Source: Octopus bimaculoides
Taxonomy: Eukaryota
Length of the DNA stretch: 59,084 bases
Direction: 5' to 3'
Assembly: GCF_001194135.2 (NCBI RefSeq)
Contig: NC_068983.1
Span: 50,658,518-50,717,601, forward strand
In this document: piece after piece, positions 11,401 to 25,750 of the stretch
Layout of the letters: each line of letters begins with the position of its first letter
Numbering within the stretch: position 1 is the first letter of the stretch
Position numbers and translations under genes: made by a program
Notes under the pieces: model-generated
The model's database searches: none
The model's input: the letters and a program-made list of their open reading frames with translations, nothing else
Told to the model about the DNA's origin: nothing

Positions 11401-14400
11401 ATATGCTTGGATATGTACGAATGTAGATGGAGATGAGATAGAAATCTTACATAGTAAAATATTTTTTACACTTAGACGATGATAAGTCCTTGATTAAAAG
11501 CAATGATCGGTGTGATTATTGCGTCGTTTCGGTGCTGAAATATGTGATATTACTAGCCTGGCCTCTTTATCCTCTATACGCATTTAATAAGTATTTATAT
11601 TTGTAATACAGCAGTGCTTCAGTTCCTGATCAAAGAATCGTTTTTTGTTAGCAGATTAGAAAATGTCTATTGACAAATGTTAATTTTCTGATACATGAAA
11701 AGAAAATATTCGATCATTCATATAATTTTCTAGGTTTCATTAGAGAAAAACATGACCGGATATATTCATAGATTTATTTGTCATCTACAATGTTTATAGA
11801 GTCAAGGTCGCAATTACTCTAATTAAACTAATCTATTTATTATGCACGACAATATCCGCGCTGCGAAAATTGATTACGCCAATGGTAATATTTTGAAATG
11901 TAGTATGTTTTTAATCGTAAACATGTATCTCCGCTGAAAATTCGTTCAACACGGCTTTTCATCACTATATGTTGTGGAATGATTCTCATAAATTTCTGAA
12001 AGCCTCAAAGTGAAATGAAAATCTGTCTGTCTACACAACGTTAGGGTGTACATTTTAGTGAGATAAACGTGCATAGTACGAGAGCGTAGATATTTAAACC
12101 TTTATCTATGCACTACATGGAATTTTAATCGTACAAATCTTGTTTATATAGTTTTCTTTAATCTGTTACAGCAATTGTGTTTTATATTATACAACACTCT
12201 GGTATGTGTAGAAGAGTTCTGCTTAATATCCTTAAAGTTTAATTTTTTAAGTTTCTGACGAATATTTCATTGCTTGAAATACACAATAAGTTGCCTTTTT
12301 TTCTTTTCTTTTCTTTTTTTTTTTTTGGAAATACCAAGTATGAAAGCTAGACATGAGAAGATAATCGACATTGAAACACCAGTTACGGGTATTTATTGCA
12401 CACATTTCTACGTTTTTATTTCTTATCAAGAGAGCAAAAACAAAATCCAAATACTCAAAGTTTAGTAACATAGACAGACATATCTACACTGGCCAGTTGT
12501 CCGATAACACATAATTTCATTTTAATTCCCATGTATTTTGTCAGCCATAAAATTTAAATAGGAAACTGTATTGCAATTAAACATGCAAGATGGTTTGAAC
12601 AAACTTTGAAACTGAACTATATGAGATTTCTAGAAGAACTTTTATAAATATCAGATAAGATTTAATGTTTTATTTTTTCTTGCTGAGATTGAAGCGAATG
12701 ATAAAAACTTCCAATTGTTCAATAAAGTGCGATCTAGGCCGACAAAAAAAGAAAACAAGAAAACGTAACAAATAAACTTAAAGACATACATAGGATATTA
12801 AATTTATTGAACGTGATATTATTTTCATACTTCTATTTTTCTTTTAATTTTTAAAACATTTACACCATTCTTTCTAAAATCAATAATTTCAGCTACTGTT
12901 GATGAAACAAACGTGTTTAAAATAATAAATGTTAGGACTAAATTACTAGCTACATCTAACAATAACTCTGTTTACGTTATACTGTAATAGGCAATAGATG
13001 CCGTTTAAAACAGATAAAATCTCCCAATAAATGATTAATTTCGATTTAATAAAAAATCACCAGAGATTTAGCCTTCTCAGAGACGAAGTGATCTAAGATA
13101 CTAGCACCACTATCAGAAAGCGAGAAATGTATTTCTATGGTAATCAATAATTTAATATTTTAGAATTTAATATTTCAACCTTTCAGCAAATTTGTAATGC
13201 ATTAATTTTATACAAGTAGCTAGTTATCTAATAGTATTTTATCTGCATTGAGCATTTCATTTTTATCTGATATTGCAGGTAAGAACTTCCATATTGCTCA
13301 TACAAAAAACATGTGATAAATGCATGTATTATTTTACATTACTTCAGAGAATCACATCCGATAAAGTGACGGAAATGAATTGAAAGTTTATGTAAAATAC
13401 CATACTATTTAATCTCAATTCAGAATGGAATGAAAACGAATCGGCCAACACATATGTATTCCAGTATACGAGCCTCTACTATTGCAACACATTGAACTTA
13501 GTGAACATTATTAAATAAGATATTTTAGAGAGGACTCAATCATAGTTCGTTGCATACATCAAACAATAGATAACGATCGTGTAAAGAAAACCTTGATTTA
13601 AATAAAAACATGACTACAGTTGCTATATATTGGTGAAATCCATAATTATACTGTAAAAGTTCTTTCGAAAGTAAATGCTAATGCCTAAGCTATGCAAATG
13701 AATAAATGCTGAGAACCTTTTGTGAATTCTTTGTAAATACCATTGTTTTATATAATCGTTAAATATGTAAAATTACAATGAAGACGTTAGAGGAAAGGGG
13801 TGAAAGTGAGAAAGACGCCATATTGCAGTATTAATATGTTTGTTGATATTAATCTTGCATAGCAAATAGTAGTAAATAATTACCTAATGAACATACTAAC
13901 AGTATTACTGAGTTCAGGTAAATGATATATTAAATATCGCCAACTTAAATCTTAGCAATACACTCCTGTGTTGTCTTATGCAATTTTTGATATTCGTAAA
14001 TCATTAGTGATATTTGCTGTGCTGTTCATTATCTTCTCTTGATCGGTCTTTGTCCTTTTCAAAATGCGCAATCTCCTTCAAATCTCGATGACATCGACTG
14101 CAGGTGATAAACCATTTTGTTACATTCACCACTTTGATAAATCACGAAATAAGTTAATATTCCCAGATGTTTCTACCTGTATAGAAGAAATGCGTTTGTT
14201 GTTCCAGTTAGCAATTAGCCTGTGTTCATAATTTTGAAAATGTATTGGTTGTATGTCGAATTAATGACACAAAGACAGTACAAATCATACGCTTATTGAT
14301 TCGCCTGTATTGAAATGATTAAATTTACAATAATATAAACAGTAAAGAATCTTTTGTCTTTTGGTAGTGTCGATAACTGAAGAATAAATCACGATTTCAA

Positions 14401-17377
14401 AAGGAGTAAATATATTTTATTCTGAAAATATCTTGATTTTTACGTCATAATTTTTGGTTTCTCATGACAAATACATATCTAAATTTCAACAATCTTTCAA
14501 GAAATATTTCTTCTCTAATTTCTTTACATTACATTTTACATAAGATTTTTTTAGTTCATTTGTATCATTCAAATATATTACATTCCTGATAGTTCTGAAT
14601 TTTCAAGGAAACATAATTTGATCTGATTTGCTTTGAATTAATATTCATGTCGCTATATTTACATCAATTTATATTGTATTTTATATTATTGTTTATATGA
14701 TAATTAATACTATTTATATGTTATTTTTCTTTTGGCTGCTTGATCTTTATCTGTTTAACTACATCCTAATTCCGAGTATCAATATCTTGTTGGAGGCGGC
14801 TTTATTTTTATTTCAGTTTGCTAATTAAAGGTGGTTCGTAACTGAAGAGCAACGAATTACGGTGATTATCTTACAATAGCTTCTGCGGATTTCATTGCAC
14901 ATTTTAAAGGCCTTTAGGCGTGATGTTAAACCAAAGTAATTATACAAACTAGAAGTCTTGTGTGTAACTGTAAAATTATGTCTTTTTTATTCGAAGTGTA
15001 CCGTTACATTCAGAGTAAGAAATTACGTTATAAAATAGGAAACAAAATCTTATAGTAATACTAAACGGAAGCTAAAATATCAAACACATAAAAATGACTG
15101 ATGATATATAACCAATATAATTTCTTAGTTATACTAGATAACGAAAAACGCCCTACGGTGACATGCTTACAACAATATATTTGTTTTACTAATAAACACA
15201 AAAAAACATAAAGATAATTGCTTTATGTTTTTAAACGAATAAAGGAATATTCCGTCTGATTTCCTCTCAACATGCACCCGTTCGCCTTTGATATATGCAT
15301 GAATAATAACTTAACTCCATGTAATGAATATTTATTTGTTCTTTATTTTTTTTAACATTTGTAATGCCATGTTTTTAATGTAATTTGTCTTTTATTTCGT
15401 TCAATACTTTCTACGCTTTTTGAAAGATTAATAGATAAAGAATAATAAAATTTCATTTGAGTCATAATGAATACATTTTGTATTTCCCTTTCATTGTTAT
15501 GCGTTTCTTTATCAAGGAATCTCGAATATATTACACCACATATCTCTTTTGTTATCAATGTCTATAGGAAATGATGCTAATCTCTCATTCAATGAAATGA
15601 TCATCTGATTTCCAGAAAATAATTAATTGATCAAAATCGTTAATTTCATGAAAATCAAAATGATGATACATATGTATACAGTGTTAATTACACGAACAGG
15701 CATGCGATTACATCAGAGACCATAACAAGTACTACAATAAAAGGCACGTATTATGCAATCATAGACGAATACCTTGAAAGGCGATGGATATCCTTATCTA
15801 ACTGTATTTAAGTTACTTGTAAAACACATATCAATGTTAGCAAATGAAAACAGAACGCAGCATGCAGGACGATTGCAGCGCAATGCACTGTCATATAGTT
15901 TAATATTATACTGTTTATAGTTTTACGGCTCTCATGTATTACTATGAGTATAAAAAATTTTATAATAACAAGGGTTATGCTTACAGCATCCCTTTTCCGC
16001 ATAGTCGCTTGAGCTTCTGTTTTATCTACTAATATCTGAATTGATTTCAAATGGGCATTGCAAATCGATATTTTAACTCGAGATTCTACGAATACGTAGA
16101 CCAGGCCGTCAGAAGGAGGCATCAGGTTTCTAAACTGGTTTCAACATAATCTATCAATTCTTTCCTACTAAGTTATGGAGATAAAATACAACAGTAAACT
16201 AATGCTATTGTATTTCATAAAATGTGTATATTTTGTGAAATAGATATTATCGTTTGTTACAAGTAGTTGAAAGCCTATGAAATTGTAAGTTAATATTGCT
16301 TGACGATAAAATAAATAAAAATAGTGTCCAGTTTATTCAAGATATTTGCTTACTCTTAATATATCATTAACTCCACATTCTAAAGCCAGAAAACTATAAA
16401 ATTCACTTCCCAACACTTTACCATTTTCATCGACAGCATTTATCAAAGTATTATCGCCGTTTAAAAGACATAAGTTAAACTTGTATGGCACAAGGAACAT
16501 TTAACACACTAGTATTTAGGTGAACGACAATTGCATTTTGAGCAAGATTTTAGTTGCTTGGAGATACCACTCGAACATATAACAATAAGTCTTCCTTAAT
16601 TATTATATGAAATTTTCAAATAGCATATGAAATACATTACGCTAAAGCACATCTGTTTATGTTAACTAATTATTTTTACTAACTAATTATTTTTACCACC
16701 GATATGATAGCAAAGGAGTTACGTTAAGTTGCTTCTTTACATGCCTCATTTGAAAAAGCTGACATGTAAATACATTGAAAATGACGAATAATTGGACATT
16801 GTGAAATAGAATACCGGTTGAATTCCAACGCGATCTTTCGTTGGCAGGTGTGTTGTAATGAGATTTGGGTGTTTATACTGTCAGTTCGTGCTGTGGAAGT
16901 TGATATGGCATATTGAAACGTTTATAATTGGATATAGAATTATCCAAATACAAATGATAAATATGAACACGTTATGTGGAAATAGGCAAGATAACAACAT
17001 TCATAATGACTCTGGACTCTATATTCTGTCCAAAACATAGCCCGTATATTCAGCTCGTTACAATTCAGCAACTTGAAATTAGATGACTAGTTTCTTCAGT
17101 TTGCAAAATTCATTCGAAAAGCAAGTGTAAAGCAGTTGCCCTTTGTTTTAGAAAAACTCTCAAGTGTAGCGAGGTTAATTAATCATCGACCCGACCTTCA
17201 ATTCAAGTCACACGTTTAAAATATGAATCTGTCTTCATTCCCAAGAAACATGTATACATGAGTCTGCGTGCGCACGCGCGCGCGTATGTGTACGTTTGAA
17301 TTACAACACTTCATGTGAACCAATCACATGATAACACTGAAATATAATTTAAGTAGATTCCATAACATATACAAAAT

Positions 17378-17586
17378 CTTTTCTAAGAACAAGGCCTGAA
17401 ATGTTAGGGGAGAGGGCCAGTCGATGAGATCGACCCCAATATGCAACTGGTACTTAATTTATCAACCCCGAAAGGATGAAAACGAAAGTCGACCTCAGCG
17501 GAATTTGAACTCAGAACATAAAGACTGACGAATTACCGCTAAGCATTTCGCCCGGCGTGCTAACATTTCTGCCAGTTCACTGCCTT
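17378..17586 (-). mobile_element. SINE family B, full length
   Basis: Minus-strand head aaggcagtgaactggcagaaatgttagcacgccgggcg..ctgagttcaaattcc (A/B boxes), core gtcgactttcgttttcatcctttcgggg, tail ggccttgttcttagaaaag. Confidence 0.9.
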
Positions 17587-18099
17587 ACAAAATCGAAAGT
17601 AGGTTGGTTAGTTCTGTAAAACCAGGAGCAACGTTCAGGGTATTTCGCCTCCTACGATGTTCCGAAATTACTTGCCATGTAATATCTTTTTCATGTACTT
17701 TTATAATTTGATTTTAATTTCATATTCAATATTGAATTTCATACGTCCTTAAGCGAATTCATGGATATTTATATATTTTCACATTAATCTGAGTATTTAA
17801 TTAAATCGATCTTCATATATTTAATCGTGTGCACACATTTTTTATATGGGTTCTAGAATCCTCAAGCACAAAAACATATATGTATGTATGTATATAAATA
17901 TGTAAATATATATATATATGTTTCTATATCTATATATGTATATGTGTGTATATATATAGACACATCGTACATATATATATAACGTAAGTAGGTAACAAGG
18001 AAGAGAATGGAAGTGAGAGCTGCAGATAGCCTAAATAATCATAAGCACTCTCTTTCCCCCTGAAATACAAATATCTATCTACATTTAGGCTCACCCCCA

Positions 18100-18210
18100 C
18101 CTACGTGCGCGGTCACATACGCACACACACATACACACACACACACACAAACACCCACACACACACACACACACACCCACACCCACACACACACACTCAC
18201 GCACACATAT
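18100..18210. repeat. (CA)n microsatellite
   Basis: Direct reading. Confidence 0.9.
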
Positions 18211-18829
18211 ACAGTTATGCATGTAATCAAGACATAATAAAGAAGAAAGAATAATTGTGTATCTTCAAAATTTCTGTAATATGGCATTATTCTCCTTAAA
18301 TTCCAAACCGACATATGTTTCTGTTAGATAAATGTACTTCTCTCTAGCATTTATGTATATTTAGTATATCCAGTAGGAGTACATATTTATTAGAGGTAGA
18401 TATTCTGATGTAGCTTTATACAATGTTATACTCTTGCCAGTGGGTGAAGCGAACTCACTTAGCCAGAACCATCACGTGTTAGATTGGAATTTGATTTTTA
18501 AAAAAGCTAACAAATAATTTTTAACGTTGTATGGTTATCAATTTTTCTTTATGATATTTTGATTATAATCTTTGTATGCTGTTTGAAACTCAATAAAGCG
18601 AATTCAGGGTTTAACTGTTGAGTGAATTACCTCTTAATTGTTTATCTTAAATAATTCTTTATATTCCCTACGATTCAATGCAGTTGACCGGGTCTGGTTT
18701 ATATCGGAGTGCTAATAAGGTGCCTACACGGATTCCAAGTGTCTATTAATTTACATTATATAGACATACGTACATACATACATACATACACACACACTCA
18801 CACACACACACACATGCTCCTGGATTAGT

Positions 18830-19988
18830 TATGCTTAATAAAAAATAATTTATTTACCTAAATTTTAACATCATCTCCTTCAAAATTGTTACCTTCCGCT
18901 CCAATACACAGGTCACAGCAGTACATCTGTTACTCTTTAAATCCGGCCTGGAACTCATTTTCTATAACCGAGTCGAGAACATTCTGCGATTCACTTTACA
19001 TATCGACAACGGTGTTAAAAAGGTGACCTTTGTTCTGCGTTTGCATCTTGAGGAAGAGATGGAAGTTTGCGGGTGCTAAATCTGGGGAAAAGGTGGATGC
19101 ATGGAAATGGATTCATATTGCATTCTTTTTGTTTTTTGTCTGAGAAAGTCACCAGTAAGGCGAGCTTGGGGACAGGGTGCATTGCCGTCGTGAGGAATCC
19201 AGTTCTTCGCGCTCCGCAGATCCGTTCACTTTCACTGAATGCCCTTCTTCAAACGCTTCAAAAGGTTGCAGTACAACTCACGATTGACGGTCTAGCCTTG
19301 AGGGACGAATTCTCGATGCACAATGCCACGGATGTCGAAAATTGTTGAGCATGATCTTGATTGAACTGCAGTTCTGTCATGTCTTCTTTGGTCGGGGGTG
19401 TCTTCCATCGAGACCACTGCCTCTTCATCTCAGGGTTGTACCCGTACACCCAACTCTGGTTACCGGTGATGGTCTTCGACTGAAAGATGGGCCATAAGAG
19501 TCATAACGACGGGGATCTTGACAGACTTCGAGAGATGTTCTTTCTGCTCATTGGAGTGCAGTTGGGGAGAAAACTTGGTAGACTCATGTCGCATGTTCAG
19601 TCTAGACGTTATAATTGCCTGCAGGGATCGGCGCAATAAACCAACAACATAAGCAAGGTCGTTAATTGTCCTCCGACGATCTTCAAGCGCGAGCTGATGG
19701 ATTTTCTCCACATTTCCGGTGGTAATATTCGTGGCAGTTCTTACAGATCGTTCATCGTCCTGCAGAGAGATTCTTCCGCTTTTGAAGCACCCAGGCCACA
19801 CGAATCATTGCGTACGATCCATTGTCTAGTTACCGTGGACTTGCCAAAGCATGATCAATGTCTTTGTAGTAGATTCCCAAATTTAACGCAAAATTTCACG
19901 TCGGAAATTTCCTATTCATGACAAAATCGCAGACCTCAGCATATACGCGATCATAAAAACAAATTTCACAACTTGCAAAGTAAACGCA

Positions 19989-19990
<2 letters not shown>
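18830..19990 (-). mobile_element. Mariner (D,D34D-type) transposase pseudogene; TIRs not recognisable
   Basis: From ATG at about 19919: VKFCVK..FKSGRISLQDDERS.R..TTGNVEKIHQL..DRRRTINDLA..LNMR..KF.P. It continues ..YGYNPEMKRQ.., DIRGIVHREFVPQG*TVN, NAP, HPPFSPDLAPANFHLFLK and ends in an EGDYFEG-like C-terminus near 18860. Many stops and frameshifts. Confidence 0.9.
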
Positions 19991-20026
<36 letters not shown>

Positions 20027-20046
20027 CAGGCTCGCTTCGAGAGTTG

Positions 20047-20146
20047 CATTCCCTCACGCTCAGTACAATGTGTTTATTATGGTAGTTTTGACTTCAAGAG
20101 TCCCTCCTAGCGTGAGGCATTTATGTATAGTAATGCCCTTAATATA
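20047..20146. repeat. Unclassified ~100-bp dispersed repeat, copy 1 (partner at 31342-31443)
   Basis: Shared collinear blocks CATTCCCTC, TTTATT..GTAG..TGACTT, AGCGT.AGG and AGTAAT(A)GCCCTTAATATA. Confidence 0.6.
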
Positions 20147-20229
20147 TATATTCATGTATATACATGATTTTTGTGCGTGTGTATGTATATCTATCTATAT
20201 ATATATATATAGAGAGAGAGAGAGATGCG

Positions 20230-20275
<46 letters not shown>

Positions 20276-20424
20276 CTTTAGAGGCAGATAAGACTTTAGC
20301 TTCCTTTGAACTTTAACTGCAAATAAATTTATTAATTGGAAAAGCAATAATATAAGGTAAGAGTACGTTGCATTTTACATCTACTGTGCCATGGATTGCA
20401 TTCTGTAAGCGGGATATACGAAGT

Positions 20425-20520
20425 CAAACTCGGCAGAATTTGAACTCAGAACGTAGCGAAGACGAAATACCGCTAAGCATTTCGCCTGACGTGCTAACGT
20501 TTCTGCCAGCTCACCGACTT
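20425..20520 (-). mobile_element. SINE family B, 5' part only
   Basis: gaatttgaactcagaacgtagcgaagacgaaataccgctaagcatttcgcctgacgtgctaacgtttctgccagctc matches the family B head. Confidence 0.85.
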
Positions 20521-21582
20521 ATTTCTTGACACCATAAATGAATTATATATTTATCAAATTATTAATTTCTTATTTCGATAATATACGGTATAATTCGAGG
20601 ATGACACTTCCCTCCTATTAATTGTTGGCTACAAGTTCACCTTCAGGCTTCTCTTTTACTCTTTTCATTCAAATGCGTATTTGTGTAATCCATATGCTTA
20701 CTTTTATAATTAAATATTAGACTGCTAAATGACAAACATTGCTATCCGTAAATCAATCAGCGTGATTTTTTTTTATCAGAATGCTTCACGGCTTGTTTTT
20801 AAATCTTTTACCCTGAGTACATAATTAATTACCCAATCTTGTTATTTTCCCTCTGACATGACATAGAAACTAATTTAGTAATTTCCACCTTTGATCGAAT
20901 CAAATTATTTTCCTTAGGATAAAAAATAAATATCGTAATTGGTTTCAATTTTCCGCATGGTAAATTTTCATTTCTTCTAAGTATAATTCACAGCGCTTTG
21001 ATTTACGTGTCTAATGGTAATTCATTTATTTTCTCGCGAATTCGATGATAAAATACTTATATTGCTAGTATTTTCTTGGTGCATGCTAAACATATGTAAT
21101 GGAGTATATCTTTACATGGAAATCTGAAACTGGCATGTGTGATAACAACGAACATTGACACTGAAGGCGAGCAAATGACTGCATGTAAGAACATCATCGG
21201 CTATTATCTGCATTTGACAGAATCATTATTGAAATAAGGAATGCGATCGAAATACCAGAAGAACGAATATTGTTTGAAATCTATTGGATATGTATTTTTA
21301 CTTTCATGTTTACACCAGTGTCTATAAATTGCGGATCAATTTTCCTAAGTGTTGCTATTGTCAATGACAGATCTACATACATTGAAGCATTTGAAACTGA
21401 AAAATGTTTGAAAGAGCAGACAATTAATGGCTGAATACTTTCCGATTTTTAACGGATTCGTGTAGAGTGCAGTAGACATATTGGAATCACGTATTGCATG
21501 GCGCTTCATTAGGCATACCATAGGGTATTCTGTGACAAACAACTAAGAGTATGTTTATATGTATATGTATGTATGTGTGTAT

Positions 21583-21584
<2 letters not shown>

Positions 21585-21667
<83 letters not shown>
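21585..21667. repeat. Long pure (TA)n microsatellite
   Basis: Direct reading. Confidence 0.95.
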
Positions 21668-21670
<3 letters not shown>

Positions 21671-23027
21671 TAAAGAGAACCAAATCCCACGTTAAAGATT
21701 GAGGTATTCCTAATATAGAGCAAAACCGTTATAATGTTCAGCGACTGAACAGGCAGTAACACGTGGGTTGCGAAAACATTGCTGGTTCGTATTCTACCAA
21801 GTCAATGCATTCCTCGTTTTCTCCAGTGACTTAGCTTTCAGAATTATTTTATACTTGAGATGGTAATGTGCCAGTAACAATGAATTGCTGAATATATTTC
21901 GATCTCTTTTTGGGTATGTGGTAAAGATTAAATTGGAAGAGTTGCTTAGCATGCAAGTCTTCTTTGATATGGACCACAACTGAATGTAAATGACATATAT
22001 CACTCATTCTCTACTCGCTTTAGCGACACGGGATTTGAACTTTTTGAACGGATACTTATACTATGAAAATAATTACACTTTCCACTTAACCTAAAATTGT
22101 GAAATTAAAAGTGAGCCAAACAACTGAAAGCACGAATTTAGCTACTCCAAAAGTTCGGGATATATATATACATACATGTATCCACGCAACAACATGCGCA
22201 TATATTTATATGAAAATATATGTTCCGCACATACAAAATTAATACATACATACATACATACATACGTGTGTGGTGGGGGTACGTATCGAACATGATTTTC
22301 GTAGTAATAGATAGCAAATAAAATGAAAATTGAATGTTCTACTCGAAAAGACACACCTCCAGAGGGAATTACCTATTTATGTTGGATAATAAAATCCTTC
22401 TGCTTCAAACTCATATATTACGTTAATTGAGTGTAAATATATCATAATTAAAATGCTGTTTATATTCACATTATTAAAAGCTAAATCTTTCGCAATCTGA
22501 ATGGCGGAGTTTATATATTTACCATTTATTCAGGTGGTAGGTCATATATGGTAATATAAATATATACAAAACTGGTCTATGGGCATATGTATATGAAATT
22601 ACATAAAAAGCAATGGAATACAGAGAAATTAGTCTACATTAAATTTCAAGAAGCAAATTGCATCTGTAAGTGGTATATTTAAGATAACATTACCGTATAA
22701 AGCTATTCTGTACCTCGGGCTTAATGTTATTTTGATATACAAACAAATATTCTCTCATGGTTTCAGAGATATCGAATATCCAAACATTATCAAAATGAAT
22801 GCAATCATGAAATTTAATTATATTTTCATAAATGTCTTTCTGAAATGGCTTATTGGTATATAAAATTTACCACTTAATATTGCATATATTTGCATTGAGC
22901 AAACACCTTTGTTGTACTTACCTTTTAATATTTGCAGAATAATTATATTGAGAGGAATACCCTCATGTCATATCTATATTATGAAAATATTATATCACAT
23001 CCATTTTTATTGCTCATAGTAGTCTCG

Positions 23028-23245
23028 TAATGGGATGCTGAAAAGTTCCTGGTTTTAAGGGTATCATGAAAGGCCAGGCTGGAGGCTCAAACTTCCGAGT
23101 TCCTTTACACGGCTTACAAAACTTAAGGACCACTGCAATAAGTGCGTCAATCTGAGGGGTGAATATGTTGAATACAATCATAAGTAACTAATCCTCCAAT
23201 ATTTTCTTTTATCCAAAACCAGGAACTTTTCACCAAGTCCTCGTA
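23028..23245 (+). mobile_element. Mariner-derived MITE (internally deleted)
   Basis: Perfect 18-bp inverted core TGAAAAGTTCCTGGTTTT at 23039-23056 and 23215-23232; the right terminus reads TA-CGAGG on the reverse strand. The interior encodes the transposase C-terminus KLKDHCNKCVNLRGEYVEY. Confidence 0.8.
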
Positions 23246-23713
23246 TATGTGGGACTATAAATGTCGCTACCATCTCTTACAAATTTTATTGAATTTTACT
23301 GTTAATCTCACAACTTAAGAAGACCTGCACCTATAGATTAGCTTCTTTCGTAAAGGACACACAATACCTAATATAAATTAAAGTTTGGCACTCGAAAATT
23401 CTTACGGGAAATATACCTTCGTATGCTGCTGGTGCAGATACTTAAAAGAGCATTAGAACTCAGGTGATAGCAATCCATCCCATGTGAAACATCAATCTCA
23501 AACACATAAACCTACACAAGTACTTCACTCTGCCGTATCACTACGACAATCGGTTTTCAGATATAATTAATTGCTTCCTACCTCGGCCAATTGACTATTA
23601 ACTGATATACGAATCGCTATTGTTTTTTTCATCGATATTGTGTCAGTTATTCACTCATCCACTACTCCAGTACAGCCTTACTTTATTTGTCTCCTGCCAC
23701 TCTCCCACAGCCC

Positions 23714-23897
23714 AACCGGTGTTGCTGGGTTTACGTACCTGTAGCCAAGCGGTTCGGCAAAAACAGAACAACTGAATAAGATTTAGACCTGCAAAAAACA
23801 GTCCTGTGTTCGATTCATTCAACTAAAAATTGTTCGATGTGGTGCCCCAGCAAGGCTGCAGCCGAATGATTAAATAAAGTAAAAGATAAAAGATAGA
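23714..23897 (+). mobile_element. SINE family A, 3' half
   Basis: ccggtgttgctgggtttacgtacctgtagccaagcggttcggcaaaa..gaataag..gtggtgccccagcaaggctgcag..(TAAAAG)n-like tail. Confidence 0.75.
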
Positions 23898-24032
23898 AAA
23901 TATAGACACACATGTATTCATATATTTTCGAAAACATGTTTTTGTAAATAACGATGGATTTATGTTTGAATGTATTTTCTATAATTAGATTGTATTTTTA
24001 GATATTATTTTTTTTTTCTTTCACTTAAATCA

Positions 24033-24067
24033 AAGGATTTAAATGCCCTCTGGGCATTTAAATCCTT
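24033..24067. repeat. Perfect 16-bp inverted repeat with a 3-nt loop
   Basis: AAGGATTTAAATGCCC-tct-GGGCATTTAAATCCTT. Confidence 0.95.
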
Positions 24068-24487
24068 ACCATTTTTTTATTCTCCTGTCCAAATCCCGTG
24101 TCTTCATTTGTCATATGTTTTTGAAAACAAAACTACCAGTTGTATAGTATTGACATACAATAAACAATAATTCCATCCATATTATTGATTTAAAAAATAA
24201 TACCAACTCAAATTGAGACCTTGTTGCATGACATAAACTTTATCTCCAATAATATCCTACACAATCAACCACAGGAAACATAGGTGGCTCAATTAACATG
24301 AGATATTTAGATGTAGTTTCATGACAAAATAGTAGTTATAAACAAAAATGAAATGTACCTTGTATACTTACGCCTCTGTTTTTGTTATTTACTTATTTAT
24401 TTATTTTATCATCTCATTATATGTAAACACTGTCTGTCTTTGTACTGTCACCTGGTCTTTTGCACTGGTGGCAAATAAATGAAATCA

Positions 24488-24490
<3 letters not shown>
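24068..24490 (+). mobile_element. Possible LINE 3' end with a simple-repeat tail
   Basis: Ends in ...gcaAATAAAtgaaatcattgtt followed by a long (ATT)n; no protein motif recognised. Confidence 0.3.
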
Positions 24491-24563
<73 letters not shown>

Positions 24564-24565
24564 CA
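24490..24565. repeat. (TTA)n microsatellite
   Basis: Direct reading. Confidence 0.95.
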
Positions 24566-25718
24566 TTACTATTTATATCAAATAATACTCATACTACTAA
24601 ATACAATGAATATAATTCATAATTACAATGTTATTGTAGCTTCTTATGTTACACCACTATTTGTATCTTTGTAACACATTCATGTTTTAACACAAAGCGT
24701 ATGCAGAGGTGTTACAAAAACTACTGAAATCTAATAAGAATGCTTAATGCAATCGTTGCGTGACGATTTTAGATTAAGCATCAATTTTCTTTAAAAATGT
24801 CAGCTTCACATGAAACATAACTGGTATTTCTTTCATGCCAGTTAACATAAAGGCAAAATAAAGCAAACTAAAAATAGCAATAATTATAATGAACGAATGA
24901 ATTACATGCAAGTAATAGTAAAAAGTGTAAAAAATGTGAAGGACAAAACCAATGTGTAAAATTTTACGAACTCACATCTAGAATAATGAATGCGCTCTAA
25001 AAAAGTGTATGTTTTAGCTAATTGTATGCACAGCGGCGTTTCTTTTATGCGTTTTCGTTATGGCATTTATACTGAACTTCCTTGGTGTTATTTCCGACGA
25101 ATATCGCAGCAGACTTTCCTGCTTAAATTTAATTTGTTGAACGTAACGATAATATTATGTATAAAAACGAAAGAAAACGATACATTTTTTGTAAAGAATT
25201 TTTTTCATTTTCTATATGATGACAGAAATAAATATTGTGTATATTGTATATGCCTGATGAAATTTTAGAATTTCTATTTTATATTTCTGAATGTTTGGAA
25301 TGAGTTAACAGTTAATTACCTGGAGAAGCGTATTTCATCCGCTTCTTTGTATTTCGAGCTCAAATCCCGTACCACATTTGCCGTTTTTCTTTACTGATGT
25401 ATGAAAATAAAGTACCACTCGAGCAAACGTTGATGGGTTAAAAAAAGCATCTTAATAATATCTGTTTAAATACTTTTGACCGATTAGCTAAATTCAATTA
25501 TAGAAATATTCAGAATATACACTTAGAGAACGATATTAGCAAGAACGGGCGTAAAATAGAGTACAACCCATAGAGTTAAAAGATACCATGATTAAAAAAA
25601 GTATTACAGTTTTGAATGTACTGAAATGTGCACAGAATGAGGAAATCAAATAGAATTACGGCAAATATTGTGTTCTGATACAGCCAACGTACAACGGTTG
25701 GTATAGACTCCATATTTC

Positions 25719-25750
25719 CATCTGATACATAGCCCATCTGATACATAGCC
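25719..25750. repeat. 16-bp perfect tandem duplication
   Basis: CATCTGATACATAGCC x2. Confidence 0.9.

Noticed and set aside
15808-16122. 104-aa minus ORF with a GTAAGC donor-like site after KRDA
   Set aside because: All frames from the best upstream acceptor hit stops, and no recognisable homology.
1065-16696. Short tandem duplications (15 bp x2 at 1065-1094; 17 bp x2 at 16663-16696)
   Set aside because: Ordinary slippage events in AT-rich DNA; not a spaced array or CRISPR-like structure.
22921-22972. Strong minus-strand donor AAG|GTAAGT with an upstream AG
   Set aside because: The 52-nt segment has stops in all three frames; at most a non-coding exon, and unsupported.
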